Of a stretch of 64,000 nucleotides of DNA, positions 12,904-27,876 are shown piece after piece (positions within the stretch are counted from its first letter, which is position 1; every line of letters starts with the position of its first letter). The notes below the pieces were generated by a model. That model saw only the letters and a program-made list of their open reading frames with translations. It was not told where the DNA came from and did not search any database. Location of the stretch: assembly GCF_009914755.1 (NCBI RefSeq), contig NC_060936.1, one strand, 5' to 3'. The translations under genes were made by a program, and so were the position numbers. The stretch comes from the human T2T-CHM13v2.0 reference genome, Homo sapiens.

Positions 12904-15900
12904 TCAGAGATTCTGGTATGTTGTGTCTTTGTTCTCATTGGTTACAAAGAACATCTTTATTTCTGCCTTCATTTTGTTATTTACCCAGTAGTCACTCAGG
13001 AGCAGGTTGTTCAGTTTCCATGTAGTTGTGTGGTTTTGAGTGAGTTTCTTAATCCTGAGTTTTAATTTGATTGCACTGTGGTCTGAGAGAGAGTTTGTTG
13101 TAATTTCTGTTCTTTTACATTTGCTGAGGAGAGCTTTACTTCCAACTATGTGGTCAATTTTGGAATAAGTGTGATGTGGTGCTGAGAAGAATCTATATTC
13201 TGTTGATTTGGGGTGGAGAGTTCTGGAGATGTCTATTAGGTCTGCTTGGTGTAGAGCTGAGTTCAAGTCCTGGATATCCTTTTCAACCTTCTGTCTTGTT
13301 GATCTGTCTAATATTGACAGTGGAGTGTTAAATTCTCCCATTATTATTGTGTGGGAGTCTAAGTCTCTTTGTAGGTCTCTAAGGACTTGCTTTATGAATC
13401 TGGATGCTCCTATATTGGGTGCATATATATTTAGGATAGTTAGCTCTTCTTGTTGAATTGATCCCTTTACCATTTTGATCTTTGTTGGTTTAAAGTCTGT
13501 TTTATCAGAGACTAGGATTGCAACCCCTGCTTTTTTTTTGTTTTCCATTTGCTTGGTAAATCTTCCTCCATCTCTTTCTTTTGAGCCTATGTGTGTCTCT
13601 GCATGTGAGATGGGTCTCCTGAATACAGCACACTGATGGGTCGTGACTCTTTATCCAGTTTGTCACTCTGTGTCTTTTAATTGGAGTATTTAGCCCATTC
13701 ACATTTAAGGTTAATATTGTTATGTGTGAATTTGATCCTGTCATTATGATGTTAGCTGGTTATTTTGCTGGTTAGTTGATGCAGTTTCTTCCTAACATCA
13801 ATGGTCTTTACAATTTGGCGTGTTTTTGCCGTGGCTGGTAGTGGTTGTTCCTTTCCATGTTTAGTGCTTCCTTCAGGAGCTCTTGTAAGGCAGGACTGCT
13901 GGTGACAAAATCTCCCAGCACTTGCTTGTCAGTAAAGGATTTTATTTCTCCTTCACTTATGAAGCTTAGTTTGGCTGGATATGAAATTCTGGGTTGAAAA
14001 TTCTTTAAGAATGTTGAATATTGGCCCACACTCTCTTCTGGCTTGTAGAGTTTCTGCCAAAAGATCTGTTAGTCTGTTAGGAACAGTTAGTCTGTTAGTC
14101 TATTAGGAATAGTTTCTGCCAAAGGAACTGATGTTAGGAAAGGGAAACGCCCCGACCCCTTGCGCTTCCCGGATGAGGTGACACTCCGCCCTGCTTCGGC
14201 TCACCCTCCGTGGGCTGCATCCACTGTCCAACCAGTCTCAGTGAGATGAGCCACCTACCTCAGTTGGAAATGGAGAAATCACCCATCTTCTGTGTTGATC
14301 ACGCTGGGAGCTGCAGACTGGAGCTGTTCCTGTTCAACCCTCTTGGAACCAGAATCTATTTTTTTTTTAATTAAGCCACTTAATATATTTCACAGGTGTT
14401 CTCTTTGTCATGTATCTCTTCATCTAAATTTATAAATGTCTTCCTCTAGAGAATATCCAATCAGTATCATCAGGGTTAGGGACCTCCCTCATCGCAATGA
14501 GTATATGTTTTAAAGATCCCAGATGTAAGTCAGATTACTCCTTCTTTGTGACACAGGAGTACTAAAGGTGTTTTCTACTATAACCTTGAAAGTTAGTTTT
14601 TTTTTTGTTGTTGTTGTAACAGAGCCATAGTAGTACAGTGGCACAGCAAGAGTGCTAGACACTCAAACTAAAACTTATCAGAACAAAACCAACTTCCATT
14701 ATGGCTTTGCTTTCTTAAGTAGTGGTTTTCAGCTTTTGTATTTGTCCAATGATTGTCATCTTATCTTCACCCAATAATTCACAGTAGAAACCTTCTAAGT
14801 ATTACTGGGAAAAGGGGCAGGGGACCCCAATGGCCTGTCTCATAGAAGGCCATCCATCTCTCATTCCAAGGCTCTCCAGTCCAGCTCTGAGAGATTATGG
14901 TTTGCACTTAGAGAAGATTACAGCTGCTCCTTGAGAAAACACAGTCAGCCCCCTTGTCAAAAGTACCAGTGCCTTTGAATACTGATATGGAAGAACACTT
15001 AATTAAGCACAAGCATCCTGGCTGTGGGTCTTGCATTGTTATGCAGTTGGATAACTTTGACAAGTATTCCAAAGAGGGTGAGGGATGCAGGGATGAGAAA
15101 TTCATTCTGTTGTTCTTTTGGATAAACATTGACTCCTGGCCTCGGAAGTTGACATTCACTAATCCTTGACCGTTTGGGGAACACGAAGATTGCCAGGGAC
15201 AGCAGCAAGATACACAGCTGTAGAGAAGATAAGTGAATCTGCTACTCTCACTCAAGCAATATTACTCAGAGTAATAATAGTAACAATGTATTAGGAGATT
15301 ATAGCTTATGAATAAGTAAAATGAATGTGATAAGATACTAGATAAAAGATTTAGGAATATATATATATATATTCCTATATATGTAAGGTACATGTGATTC
15401 CTATGAAGTGGTGTAGTGTTATGAGGATGGAATTAGATTCATTATAAGTGGATATTGCAAACTCTAGGGAAACCACTGAACATTATTTTAAAAGAAGTAC
15501 AGTTTATATGGTAAGAGGATAGACAATATAATAATATAATATATTTAATCAAAGCCATGGAGGTCAGAAAAGGGAGCAAAAAAACAAAGAAACAAAGAAC
15601 AACTGCAATAAACAGAAATAGTTACAAATATGGTATATATTAATATAAATATATAAATAATTATCTTAAATGTAAGTAGTATAAATGCAACAATTAAAAG
15701 ACATAGAATGTCGAAGTGTATAAAAAGCAAGACTCAACTATATGTTGTCTACAAGAAACACACTTTAAATATAAAACCATGGCTAGGTTAAAAATAAAGA
15801 AAAAAAAACTATATATCATGCTCACATTATTCAACAGAAAGCTGGAATAGCTATACTGGCATGCCTCAGAGATATTGTGGATTGAGTTCCAGACCACCAA

Positions 15901-17716
15901 AATAAAGTTAATCACACATATTTTTTGGTTTCCCAGTATACATAAAAGTCATGTTTAAAACATATTGTAGTCTATTAAGTGTGGAATAGTATTGTCTAAA
16001 AAACAATATACCTATCTAAATTTAAAAATATTTTATTGCTAAGAAGTGCTAACAATCATCTGACTCTTCAGTGAGTCACAGTCTTTTTGCAGGTGAAGAG
16101 TCTCACCTCAGTGTTAATAGTTGCTAATTGATCAGGGTGGTGGTTGCTGAAGTTTGGGGTAGCCATGGCAATTTCTTCAAATAAGACGATAATGAAGTTT
16201 GCTGCATTCATTGACTCTTCCTTTCACAAAAGATTTCTCTGTAGCATGTGATGCTGTTCGATAGCATTTTACCCACACTACAACAGCTTTCAAACTTAGA
16301 GTTAATCCTCTCAAGCCCTGCCCTGGTTTATCAACTAAGTTTATATAATAATATTCTAAATCCTTTGTTGTCATTTCAACAATGTTCATAGCATCTTCTT
16401 CAGGAGTAGATTCCATTTCGAGAGACCATTTCCTTTCTTTATCCATAAGAAGCTACTCCTCATCTGTTCAAATTTTGTCATGCACTTGCAATAATTTAGT
16501 CATATCTTCAGGCTCCACTTTTAATTCCAGTTCTCTTGCTATTTCCTCCATATCTGCACTTACTTTCTTCATGAAGTCCTGAACCCCTAAAAGTTATCTA
16601 TGAATGTTGGAATCAACTTTCAAGCTCCTGTTAATGTTTATATTTTGGCCCTTTCCCATGAATCACAAATGTTCTTAATGGTATATAGAATGGTGAATCC
16701 TTTCCAGAAGATTTTCAATTTACTTTGTCCAGATTTATCAGAGGAATCACTCTGTATAGCAGCCATAGACTTATACAATATATTTCTTAAATAATAAGAC
16801 TTGAAAGTCAAAATTAATCCTTGATCCATGGACTGCAGAATGGAGTTGCTTTTAGAAAACATGAAAACAACATTAATCTCCTTGTATACCTCATCAGGGC
16901 TCTTGAGTAACTAGGTACATTGTCAATGAGCAGTAATATTCAGAAAAAAAAATATTCTTTCCTGAGCAGTGAGCCCTGACAGTGGGCTTAAAATATTCAA
17001 TAAACCATGCTGTAAACAGGTGTGCTGTCATTCAGCCTTTGTTGTTCCATTTACAGAGAACAGGCAAAGTGGATTTAGCACAATTCTTAAGGGCCCTAGG
17101 AATTTCTAAATGGTAACTATAATGGAATTTCTAAATGGTGAATAACTATTGGCTTCATCTTAAAGTCTCCAGTCACATTAGCTCCTAACAAGGAAGTCAT
17201 CCTGTCCTTTGAAGATTTGAAGCCAGGCAGTAAAATATCCTCTTAAGCTATAACAATCCTAGATGACAATATCTTCCAATATAAAACAATCCTAGATGAC
17301 AATTTTTTCCAATATAAAACAACGAAAATTTGTTTTTTAGTGTAGCCCCCTTCATCAATGATCTCAGCTAAATCTTCTGGATAACTTGCTGCAGCTTCTG
17401 CATCAGCACTTGCTGCTTCACCTTGCACTTTCATGTTATGGAGATGGCTGCTTTTCCTAAACTTCATGAAGCAACATTTGCTAGCCTCAAACTTTTCTTT
17501 GGCAGCTTCCTCACCTCTCTCAGCCTTCGGAGAATTGAAGAGAGTTATAATCTTAGTCTAGCTTAGGATTTGGCTTGAATGAATCTTGTGGCTAGTTTGA
17601 TCTCCTAACCAGACCACTATAACTTTCTCCATAACCGCAATAAGGCTGTTTTGTTTTCTTATTATTTGTGTGCTCACAAATAATAAAAAATAAATAAACA
17701 AAAAGTAGCACTTTTA

Positions 17717-20288
<2,572 letters not shown>

Positions 20289-21021
20289 TGGTAGCACTTT
20301 TATTTTCCTTTAAGAAATTTTTCTTTGCATTCACAATTTGGCTAACTGTTTCATTCAAGAAACCTAGCTTTTGCTAGTCTTTGCTTTCAACATGTCTTAT
20401 TCACTAAGTTTAATCATTTCTAGATTTTGGTTTAAAGTTAGAGACTTATCACTCTTCCTTTCACTTGCACAATTAAAGGCCATTGAGGGTTATTAATTAG
20501 CTTAATTTTAACATATTTTGTTTTAGGAAATAGGGAGTCTCAAAGAGATGAAAGGTGATTGGGGAAAAGCCAATCAGTGGTGCAGTCAAAACACACTCAT
20601 TTATTGATTAAGTTCACCATCTTATAAGAGTATCTTACAAGTTCATGGTGCCCCAAAACAATTACAATGATAACATCAAAGATCACCTATCCCACTTCAC
20701 CATTACAAATATAATAATAATAAAAGAGCTTGAAATACGGAGAGAATTACCAAAATGTGACAAAAAGACAAAAGTGAGCACGTGCTATTGGAAGAGTAGC
20801 ATCGACAGACTTCCTAGTTGTAGGGTTGCCACAGACTTTCAATTTGTAAAAACTACAATATCTGCAAAATGAAATAAAGTGAGGTGCAATAAAATCAGGT
20901 ATGGTTGTATTTATTTCATACAGATCATACTTAAGAACAGTAAAATTTATCACTGAGAAAGTGTCATTACATAATGATGAATGGTTCAATTATCCAAAAA
21001 GATATAACCATCATTAACATG

Positions 21022-21367
21022 TGTCTTTGCTCTCTTTGCACTGGTAAAATAAAATATCACAGACTGGGTAATTTATAATGAAGAAAAATGTATTAACTCA
21101 CAGATCTGGAGGCTAGAAAGACCAATTTCAAGGTGCTGGCATCTGGTAAGGGCCTTCTTGCTACATCATCACATGGTGGAAGGTAGAAGGACAAAGAGAC
21201 AAAAGAGGGCCAAATATGTTATTTTATTATGGCATTTATCCCATCCATGAGAGCACAGTTCTCATAATCTAATCTCTTTTTAAAGATTCTACCTCTTAAT
21301 GCTGTTACAAAATGAGGATTAAATTTCAACATGATATTTGGAGGAGGCAAACATTCAAACCATACCA
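21022..21367 (-). mobile_element. MST (MSTB/C-like) solo LTR
   Basis: MST motifs ending acattcaaaccatacca; TSD ACATG/TCATG. Confidence 0.8.
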
Positions 21368-22340
21368 TCATGTACGCACTTAAAAATGAGAGTGTCAAAA
21401 TACATGAGGCAAAAATCTGATAGAACATGGGAAAATAGACAAATCTACTATTATATTTGGAAACCTCAGCATGCCTCTTTCAGTAATTGATAGGTCAAGC
21501 AGGCAGAAAATCGATAAGGATATAGTTGACCTAAACAAAATTATCTGTTAAGTTGATGTACTGGCTTTTGTAGAATATTCCATCCAACTACAGCAAAGCA
21601 AACATTTCTCTCAACATTTCCTGGTGCATTCACCAAGAAAGAGCACATTCTAGGTCATAAGAGACACCTAAACATTTTTTTCTAAATAGAAATTAGACAA
21701 GGTATATTTTCAGACTCTACAATGGAATTAAACTAGAAATCAATAACAGAAAGACTGCTGGCTGGAAAAATCCTAAAATACTTGATAATTAGACAGCACA
21801 TTATAAAATAACACATGGAGTGAAAAAGTCAGAAGATGAATTTTTAAAATTTATAAAATAAATAAAAAGAAAATATAATATTAAATTTGTGAGATACAGG
21901 AAAAGCAATTGTTAGTTTATAACATTAAACGCATATATAATAAAGAAAGAAAAACCTAAAATCAATAACCTAAACTTCTAATTTGACAACTATGTAAAGA
22001 AAAACAATTTAAACTAAAGTAAGCATACATAAAAAGAAATAATGAAAATTAAAGCAAATATCAATATTTAATACATAAAAATAATAAAGAAAATTAACAA
22101 AATCAAACACTAATTCTTTAAAATATTAATAGAGTTGATAATCCTCTAGTTAAAATAAAAAATTAAAATTGATGAAAATTACTAGTATCATAAATAAAAG
22201 AAGGGTCATCACCACTGATTCCATCCCATGGACATATAAAGGCTAATATTCAAATATTATAAATAGCTCTATGCAGTTAAATTTTTTAGCTTAGATGGAA
22301 TGAACTAAATTTTGAAAGACATGAGCTACCAAAATTTATC

Positions 22341-22715
22341 TGTATTAGTTCGTTCTCACACTGCGATAAAGATACTACTGAAGAATGGGTAATTTATAAA
22401 GAAAAGAGGATTAACTGATTCACAGTTCCTCATGGCTGAAGAAGCCTCAGGAAATTTACAATGCTGGTGGAAAGAGAAGAGGAACATTTTATATGGCAGC
22501 AGGCAAGAGAGAGAAGTGTGAAGAGCAAAGGGAGAAGAGCCCTTTATAAAACCATCAGATCTCTTGAGAACTCACTCACTATCATAAGAACGGCATTTGG
22601 GAAACTGTCCCCATGATTCAACCACCTCCCACCAGTTCTCTCCCTAGATACATGGGGATTATGGGGATTACAATTGAAAATGAGATTTGGGTGGGGACAC
22701 AGACACACCATATCA
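22341..22715 (-). mobile_element. THE1D-like solo LTR
   Basis: TG...CA ends, perfect TSD TTATC. Confidence 0.9.
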
Positions 22716-22909
22716 TTATCCAAGGAAAAATATACAATCTGAATAAGCATACATTATTTAAATGAATTGAATCAATAATTAGTAATCCCTCAAATAAGAA
22801 AGCACCAAGCCAAGGAGATTTTATTACTAAATTCTACCAAACATTGAAGGAAAAAGTGATTTCAGTTCTCAACAATAATCTTTTCATGAGAACTGAAGTA
22901 AACACTTCC

Positions 22910-24263
22910 TTTTTTTTTTTTTCCACGGGATCAAAAAATACTTTATTATCTGGTGCAGAAAGTCAACATGATGAACTATATCAGGGTTTGGTCGGGTTAC
23001 TTAAATCCATAAATCAATATTACTGTGGCTGCTTTGTACTGATATTTAGTACCCATGCTACATTTTGTAATCCCTAATCTGATACCTGTTCTCTCGGATT
23101 CACCCATGAATTAGAAACCTGGTTTACTTCCCTGTTTATCTACTTACCTTCCTCTTTCCACAAACTTTTCTTCCCTTTTTCTTTTTTTTTTCTTGTGCCA
23201 GTCATCCTTACTCCTCTAAATTTCTTACCCTTTCTGCTTTCCTAAAAAAAAATCCAAATCCCTTTAAAGAACTGACGGTTTCTCTATCCTAACTCTGTCA
23301 TAAAAGCAGGGTGAGGAAATGTGACATGAGATCCTAATGTTGTCTACATTGCCTTTGAGGAAGCGTTGATCAATGCCTGTGATATAAATGCATATTTATT
23401 TTTTTATTTTATTATTATTATACTTTAAGTTTTAGGGTACATGTGCACAATGTGCAGGTTTCTTACATATGTAAACATGTGCCATGTTGGTGTGCTGCAC
23501 CCATTAACTCGTCATTTAGCATTAGGTATATCTCCAAATGCTATCCCTCCCCACTTCCCCCACCCCACAACAGTCCCCAGAGTGTGATGTTCCCCTTCCT
23601 GTGTCCATGTGTTCTCATTGTTCAATTCCCATCTATGAGTGAGAACATGCGGTGTTTGGTTTTTTGTCCTTGCGATAGTTTACTGAGAATGATGATTTCC
23701 AATTTCATCCCTGTCCCTACAAAGGACATGAACTCATCATTTTTTATGGCTGCATAGTATTCCATGGTGTATATGTGCCACATATTTACAAGAAAAAAAC
23801 AAACAACCCCATCAAAAAGTGGGCGAAGGATATGAACAGACACTTCTAAAAAGAAGACATTTATGCAGCCAAAAAACCATGAAAAAGTGCTCATCATCAC
23901 TGGCCATCAGAGAAATGCAAATCAAAACCACTATGAGATACCATCTCACACCAGTTAGAATGGCAATCATTAAAAAGTCAGGAAACAACAGGTGCTGGAG
24001 AGGATGTGGAGAAATAGGAACACTTTTACACTGTTGGTGGGACTGTAAACTAGTTCAACTATTGTGGATGTCAGTGTGGCGATTCCTCAGGGATCTAGAA
24101 CTAGAAATACCATTTGACCCAGACATCCCATTACTGGGTATATACCCAAAGGATTATAAATCATGCTGCTATAAAGACACATGCACACGTATGTTTATTG
24201 CGGCACTATTCACAATAGCAAAGACTTGGAACCAAGCCAAATGTCCAACAACGATAGACTGGA
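22910..24263 (-). mobile_element. L1PA3-like insertion with 5' inversion (23784-24263, + strand) and 3' transduction (22923-23394)
   Basis: TSD TGAAGTAAACACTTC at 22894-22908 and 24264-24278; distal T13 tail; AATAAA on the minus strand at 22942-22947. Confidence 0.92.
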
Positions 24264-24826
24264 TGAAGTAAACACTTCTTAACTCATTCTATGAAGCCAA
24301 CATTATCCTGATAAAAAAAGAGATGTAGATATTTCATGAAAGAAAAATTATTGACTAATATCTGTGATAAATATTGATGCAAAAATCTCAATAAAATATT
24401 AACAAATCAAACAAAAAATATATAAAATTCAATAGTATCTAAAAGAATTACACACCATAACTTTATCCCAAGTATGCAAGGCTGATTCAACATTGAGAAA
24501 TTAGTTGATGCAATTCATCATGCCAACAGAATTTTTTTAATCATATGATTATATCAATTCATGTAGAAAAAGCACTTCAGAAAATCCAACATTCATTTAT
24601 CATTTTTTTATAAAAGCTCTGAGTAAAATGTAAATACAGGAGACCTTCCTCAACTTAATAAAGAACATCTAAAAAGAACCTACTGTTAACATCATACTTA
24701 ATGATGAAAAAGTGGATACTGACCCCGTAGTATCAGAGACAAAACAAAGATGTCCTCTCTCAGCACCTGTATTTAACACTGTACCATAAAAACCTTATTT
24801 CATAGATTTGCATTAAATCAAAACAA

Positions 24827-24827
<1 letters not shown>

Positions 24828-24861
<34 letters not shown>
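24828..24861. repeat. (TG)n microsatellite
   Basis: Direct reading. Confidence 0.95.
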
Positions 24862-24862
<1 letters not shown>

Positions 24863-25564
24863 TTAAGAAGGAAAGCATAAAGCTGTCTTTGCAGACAAAC
24901 ATATGATTGTCCATATGAAAAATCTAAACAATCAATCACATACTTACTAAACTGATAAGTAATATAGCAAGGTCACAAGATACAATGTTAATATGCAAAA
25001 GTTAATTTCTTTTCTATATAGCAGCAATGAACAGTTGGAACTTAAAATTAAAAACACAATATAATTTACAAAGCACACAATTTAAATACGTATGCATAAG
25101 TATAACAACATATGTACAAGATTTCTATGTGGTAAACAATAAAACTCTGATGAAAGAAATCAAAAAAGTTCCAAATAAGAGGATAGATATTCCAGGTTCA
25201 TGGATTATAAGACTCAATATTCTTAAGCTATCAGTTCTTCCCAGCTAAATCTATGGATTTCATGTAATTCAAATCAAAATCCCAGAAAACTATTTTGTGG
25301 ATATCAAGAAAGTGACTCTAAAGTTTACATGGAAAAGGCAAAAGACTTGCAATAGCCAACACAACCCTGAAGGAAAACAAAGTTGGATGACTGATATTAC
25401 CCAATTTTAAGACAATGTAAGACAAATCAACAAAGACATCATGGTATTGCTGAAGGAAGAGACAAACACATCAATGGAACAGAATAAAAGGCATAGAAAT
25501 ACACACACACAAATATATTCAAATTTGAACAAGAAGAAAATGTCATTCAGTGGAGAAAGGATAG

Positions 25565-25908
25565 TGTCTTAGTCTTCTTTGGCTGCTACAGCAAAATACT
25601 ATAAGCCAAGTAGCTTAGAAATAACAGGAATCTATTTCCCACAATTCCAGAGACTGAGAAACCCAAGATCAAGGCACTGGCAGATTCACTGTCTAGTGAG
25701 AACCCTCATTTTTATAGAGGGCACATTCTAGTTGTATCCTCACATAGTGAGAAGGGCACAGGAGATTTTTAGGGCCTCTTTTAGTAAGGGCACTAATCTT
25801 ATTTATGAAAGTTCCACCCTTATGACCTAATGACTTCCCAAAGCCCCCCACTTCCTAATACCAACAACATAAGTGTTATGATTTCAACACATGAGTTTTG
25901 AACACATA
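25565..25908 (-). mobile_element. MLT1A-like LTR
   Basis: tgtcttagtc...ggctgctacagcaaaatac; ccaagatcaagg motif. Confidence 0.75.
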
Positions 25909-27237
25909 ACTGATAAATGACTTGTGTCCATAATATGAAAAAAACTGTTTAAAATTCAACAATAAGAAAGCAAATATCCAATTAAAAATGAGCAACAACC
26001 TAAACAGATACCTCACCAAATAAATATACAAATGGCATATAAACATGTGAAGGTATGTGTATCTTTTCTCATTAAGAAATTGAAAATAAAAACAACAATG
26101 AGATACCAATACACACCTATTAGAGTGGTGAAATTAACATTAGTACCAAATGTTAGAGAAGATGCAGAGCTACAGGAATGCGAATTGATTGCTGGTGGGA
26201 ATGTAAAATGTTACAGCCACTTTGGAAGACAATTGCTAGTCTGAACATATATCTTATAAAATTCGGATCCAGCAATTGTTCTACATATTTATCTAATTGG
26301 CTTGAAAACCTATGTTCACATCCCAATGTTTATAGAAGTTTTATTAATAATAAATCAAAACAGAAAGCAACCAAGATGTCCTTCAATAGGTGAATGAATA
26401 AACAAACTAGGGTACATTCATACAATGGAAATTATTCAGCAATGAAAATAAATAAGCTACCAAGTCTTAAAAAAAAAAAAACTCAGGAAACTTAGATGCA
26501 TTTTGTGGAGTAAAAGAAGTCAACAGAGAAAAATTATGTATTGTATGATTCCAATTATAGAGATTCTAGACAAAGTAAAACTATATGGGACAGAAAAATG
26601 ACCAGTGCTTGCCAGACAAAGGGGAGGCAGGAGGAAGAAATAAGTGGAGCACAAATGATTTTTACAACAGAAAAGTTATTTTCTATGATACAATGATGAT
26701 GGATACAAGACATTATTCATGTTTCAAAACCCATAGATCTTTATATAGCACAAAGAACTAATCTTACTGTATGAAAGTTGAAAAAAAATTCAGAATTTGG
26801 GAGAATCTGAAGAAATGCAGAATGTAACAAGAGAATCTAACTGTACTACAAATGTATGGAACAACTTCAATGAGAAAGATGGGAGAGAAAGGTACTTATG
26901 TAAGCAACTTTGGAAATGACAAATTCAGTAAAGCGAAAGACAAAAGGATCTGTGCATCTGCATTTTGTTCTTGATAAAGTTGTTTTCCAAAGATATACAG
27001 GTTCACAAGTCTGATACTGCTATACCTGTATACTAGAATAGAACAATTAAGTAAACGGATGGCAGATGGACAGAGTCAGGTTTTTCAATGTTGGAGTGGA
27101 AGTTTATAGATAAGCAAAATGAGGAAGTTATAATTATCCATGTTATAAGGGTTAAAGTTAAGAGATCTGTATGGATTCATGTCTAGCTTAATATAAATAT
27201 AGATGCTTACATATAGAAATATTTATAAATATACGCA

Positions 27238-27318
27238 TTTTATTAGTCAGTGTTCTCCAGAGAATCACAACCAATAAGATGTGTGCCTATGTGTGTATGT
27301 GTGTGCACAGATTTTATA

Positions 27319-27370
<52 letters not shown>

Positions 27371-27876
27371 CAGAGAGGCAGAGAGAAAAAGAGTTATTAC
27401 ATGAAACTGGCTCACATAGTTACAGAGCCTGAAAGTCCCAAGTTCTATAGTCAGCAAGCTGGAGATCCAGGATGGCTAATTGTGTAGTTCAAGTATGAGT
27501 CTGAAGACCTGAGAAACAGAAAAACAATCATATAATGTCCAGTCCCAGTCCAAAGGCCTAAGAAACAGGAGAGCCAATGGTGTAAATTTCAGTCTGGGTC
27601 TGAGTCCAAAGACAAGAGAAGACTCATGTGCCAGATCAAAAACAGTCAGGCAGAGAGCAAATTCTCATTTCTTCAGACTTTTTGTTCCACGCATAGAACA
27701 GCTGATTGAATGAGAGCCACTCACACCAGGGAAGGCAATATGTTTTTCTCAGCCTACTGTATCAAATGTTAATCTCTTTGAGAAGTACTCTTACAAGCAC
27801 AGCCAAAATAATATTTAATCAAATATCCAGACATCTGATGACTGAATCAAGTTGACACAAAAAATTAACCATCGCA
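27238..27876 (-). mobile_element. MLT2 (ERVL) 3' LTR with TG/TA/GA microsatellite
   Basis: tattagtcagtgttctccagagaa...caagttgacacaaaaaattaaccatcgca. Confidence 0.8.

Noticed and set aside
14076-14134. Spliced L1 (SpIRE) as the cause of the 5'UTR-ORF1 join
   Set aside because: The junction carries ~57 nt of inserted patchwork rather than a clean splice, and is not at the known ~nt 97 donor.
14800-15255. Possible exon or pseudogene (overlapping ORFs; LIFSTAVYLAAVPGNL looks receptor-like; QLHNNARP looks mariner-like)
   Set aside because: No extended similarity I can recognise; needs BLASTX.
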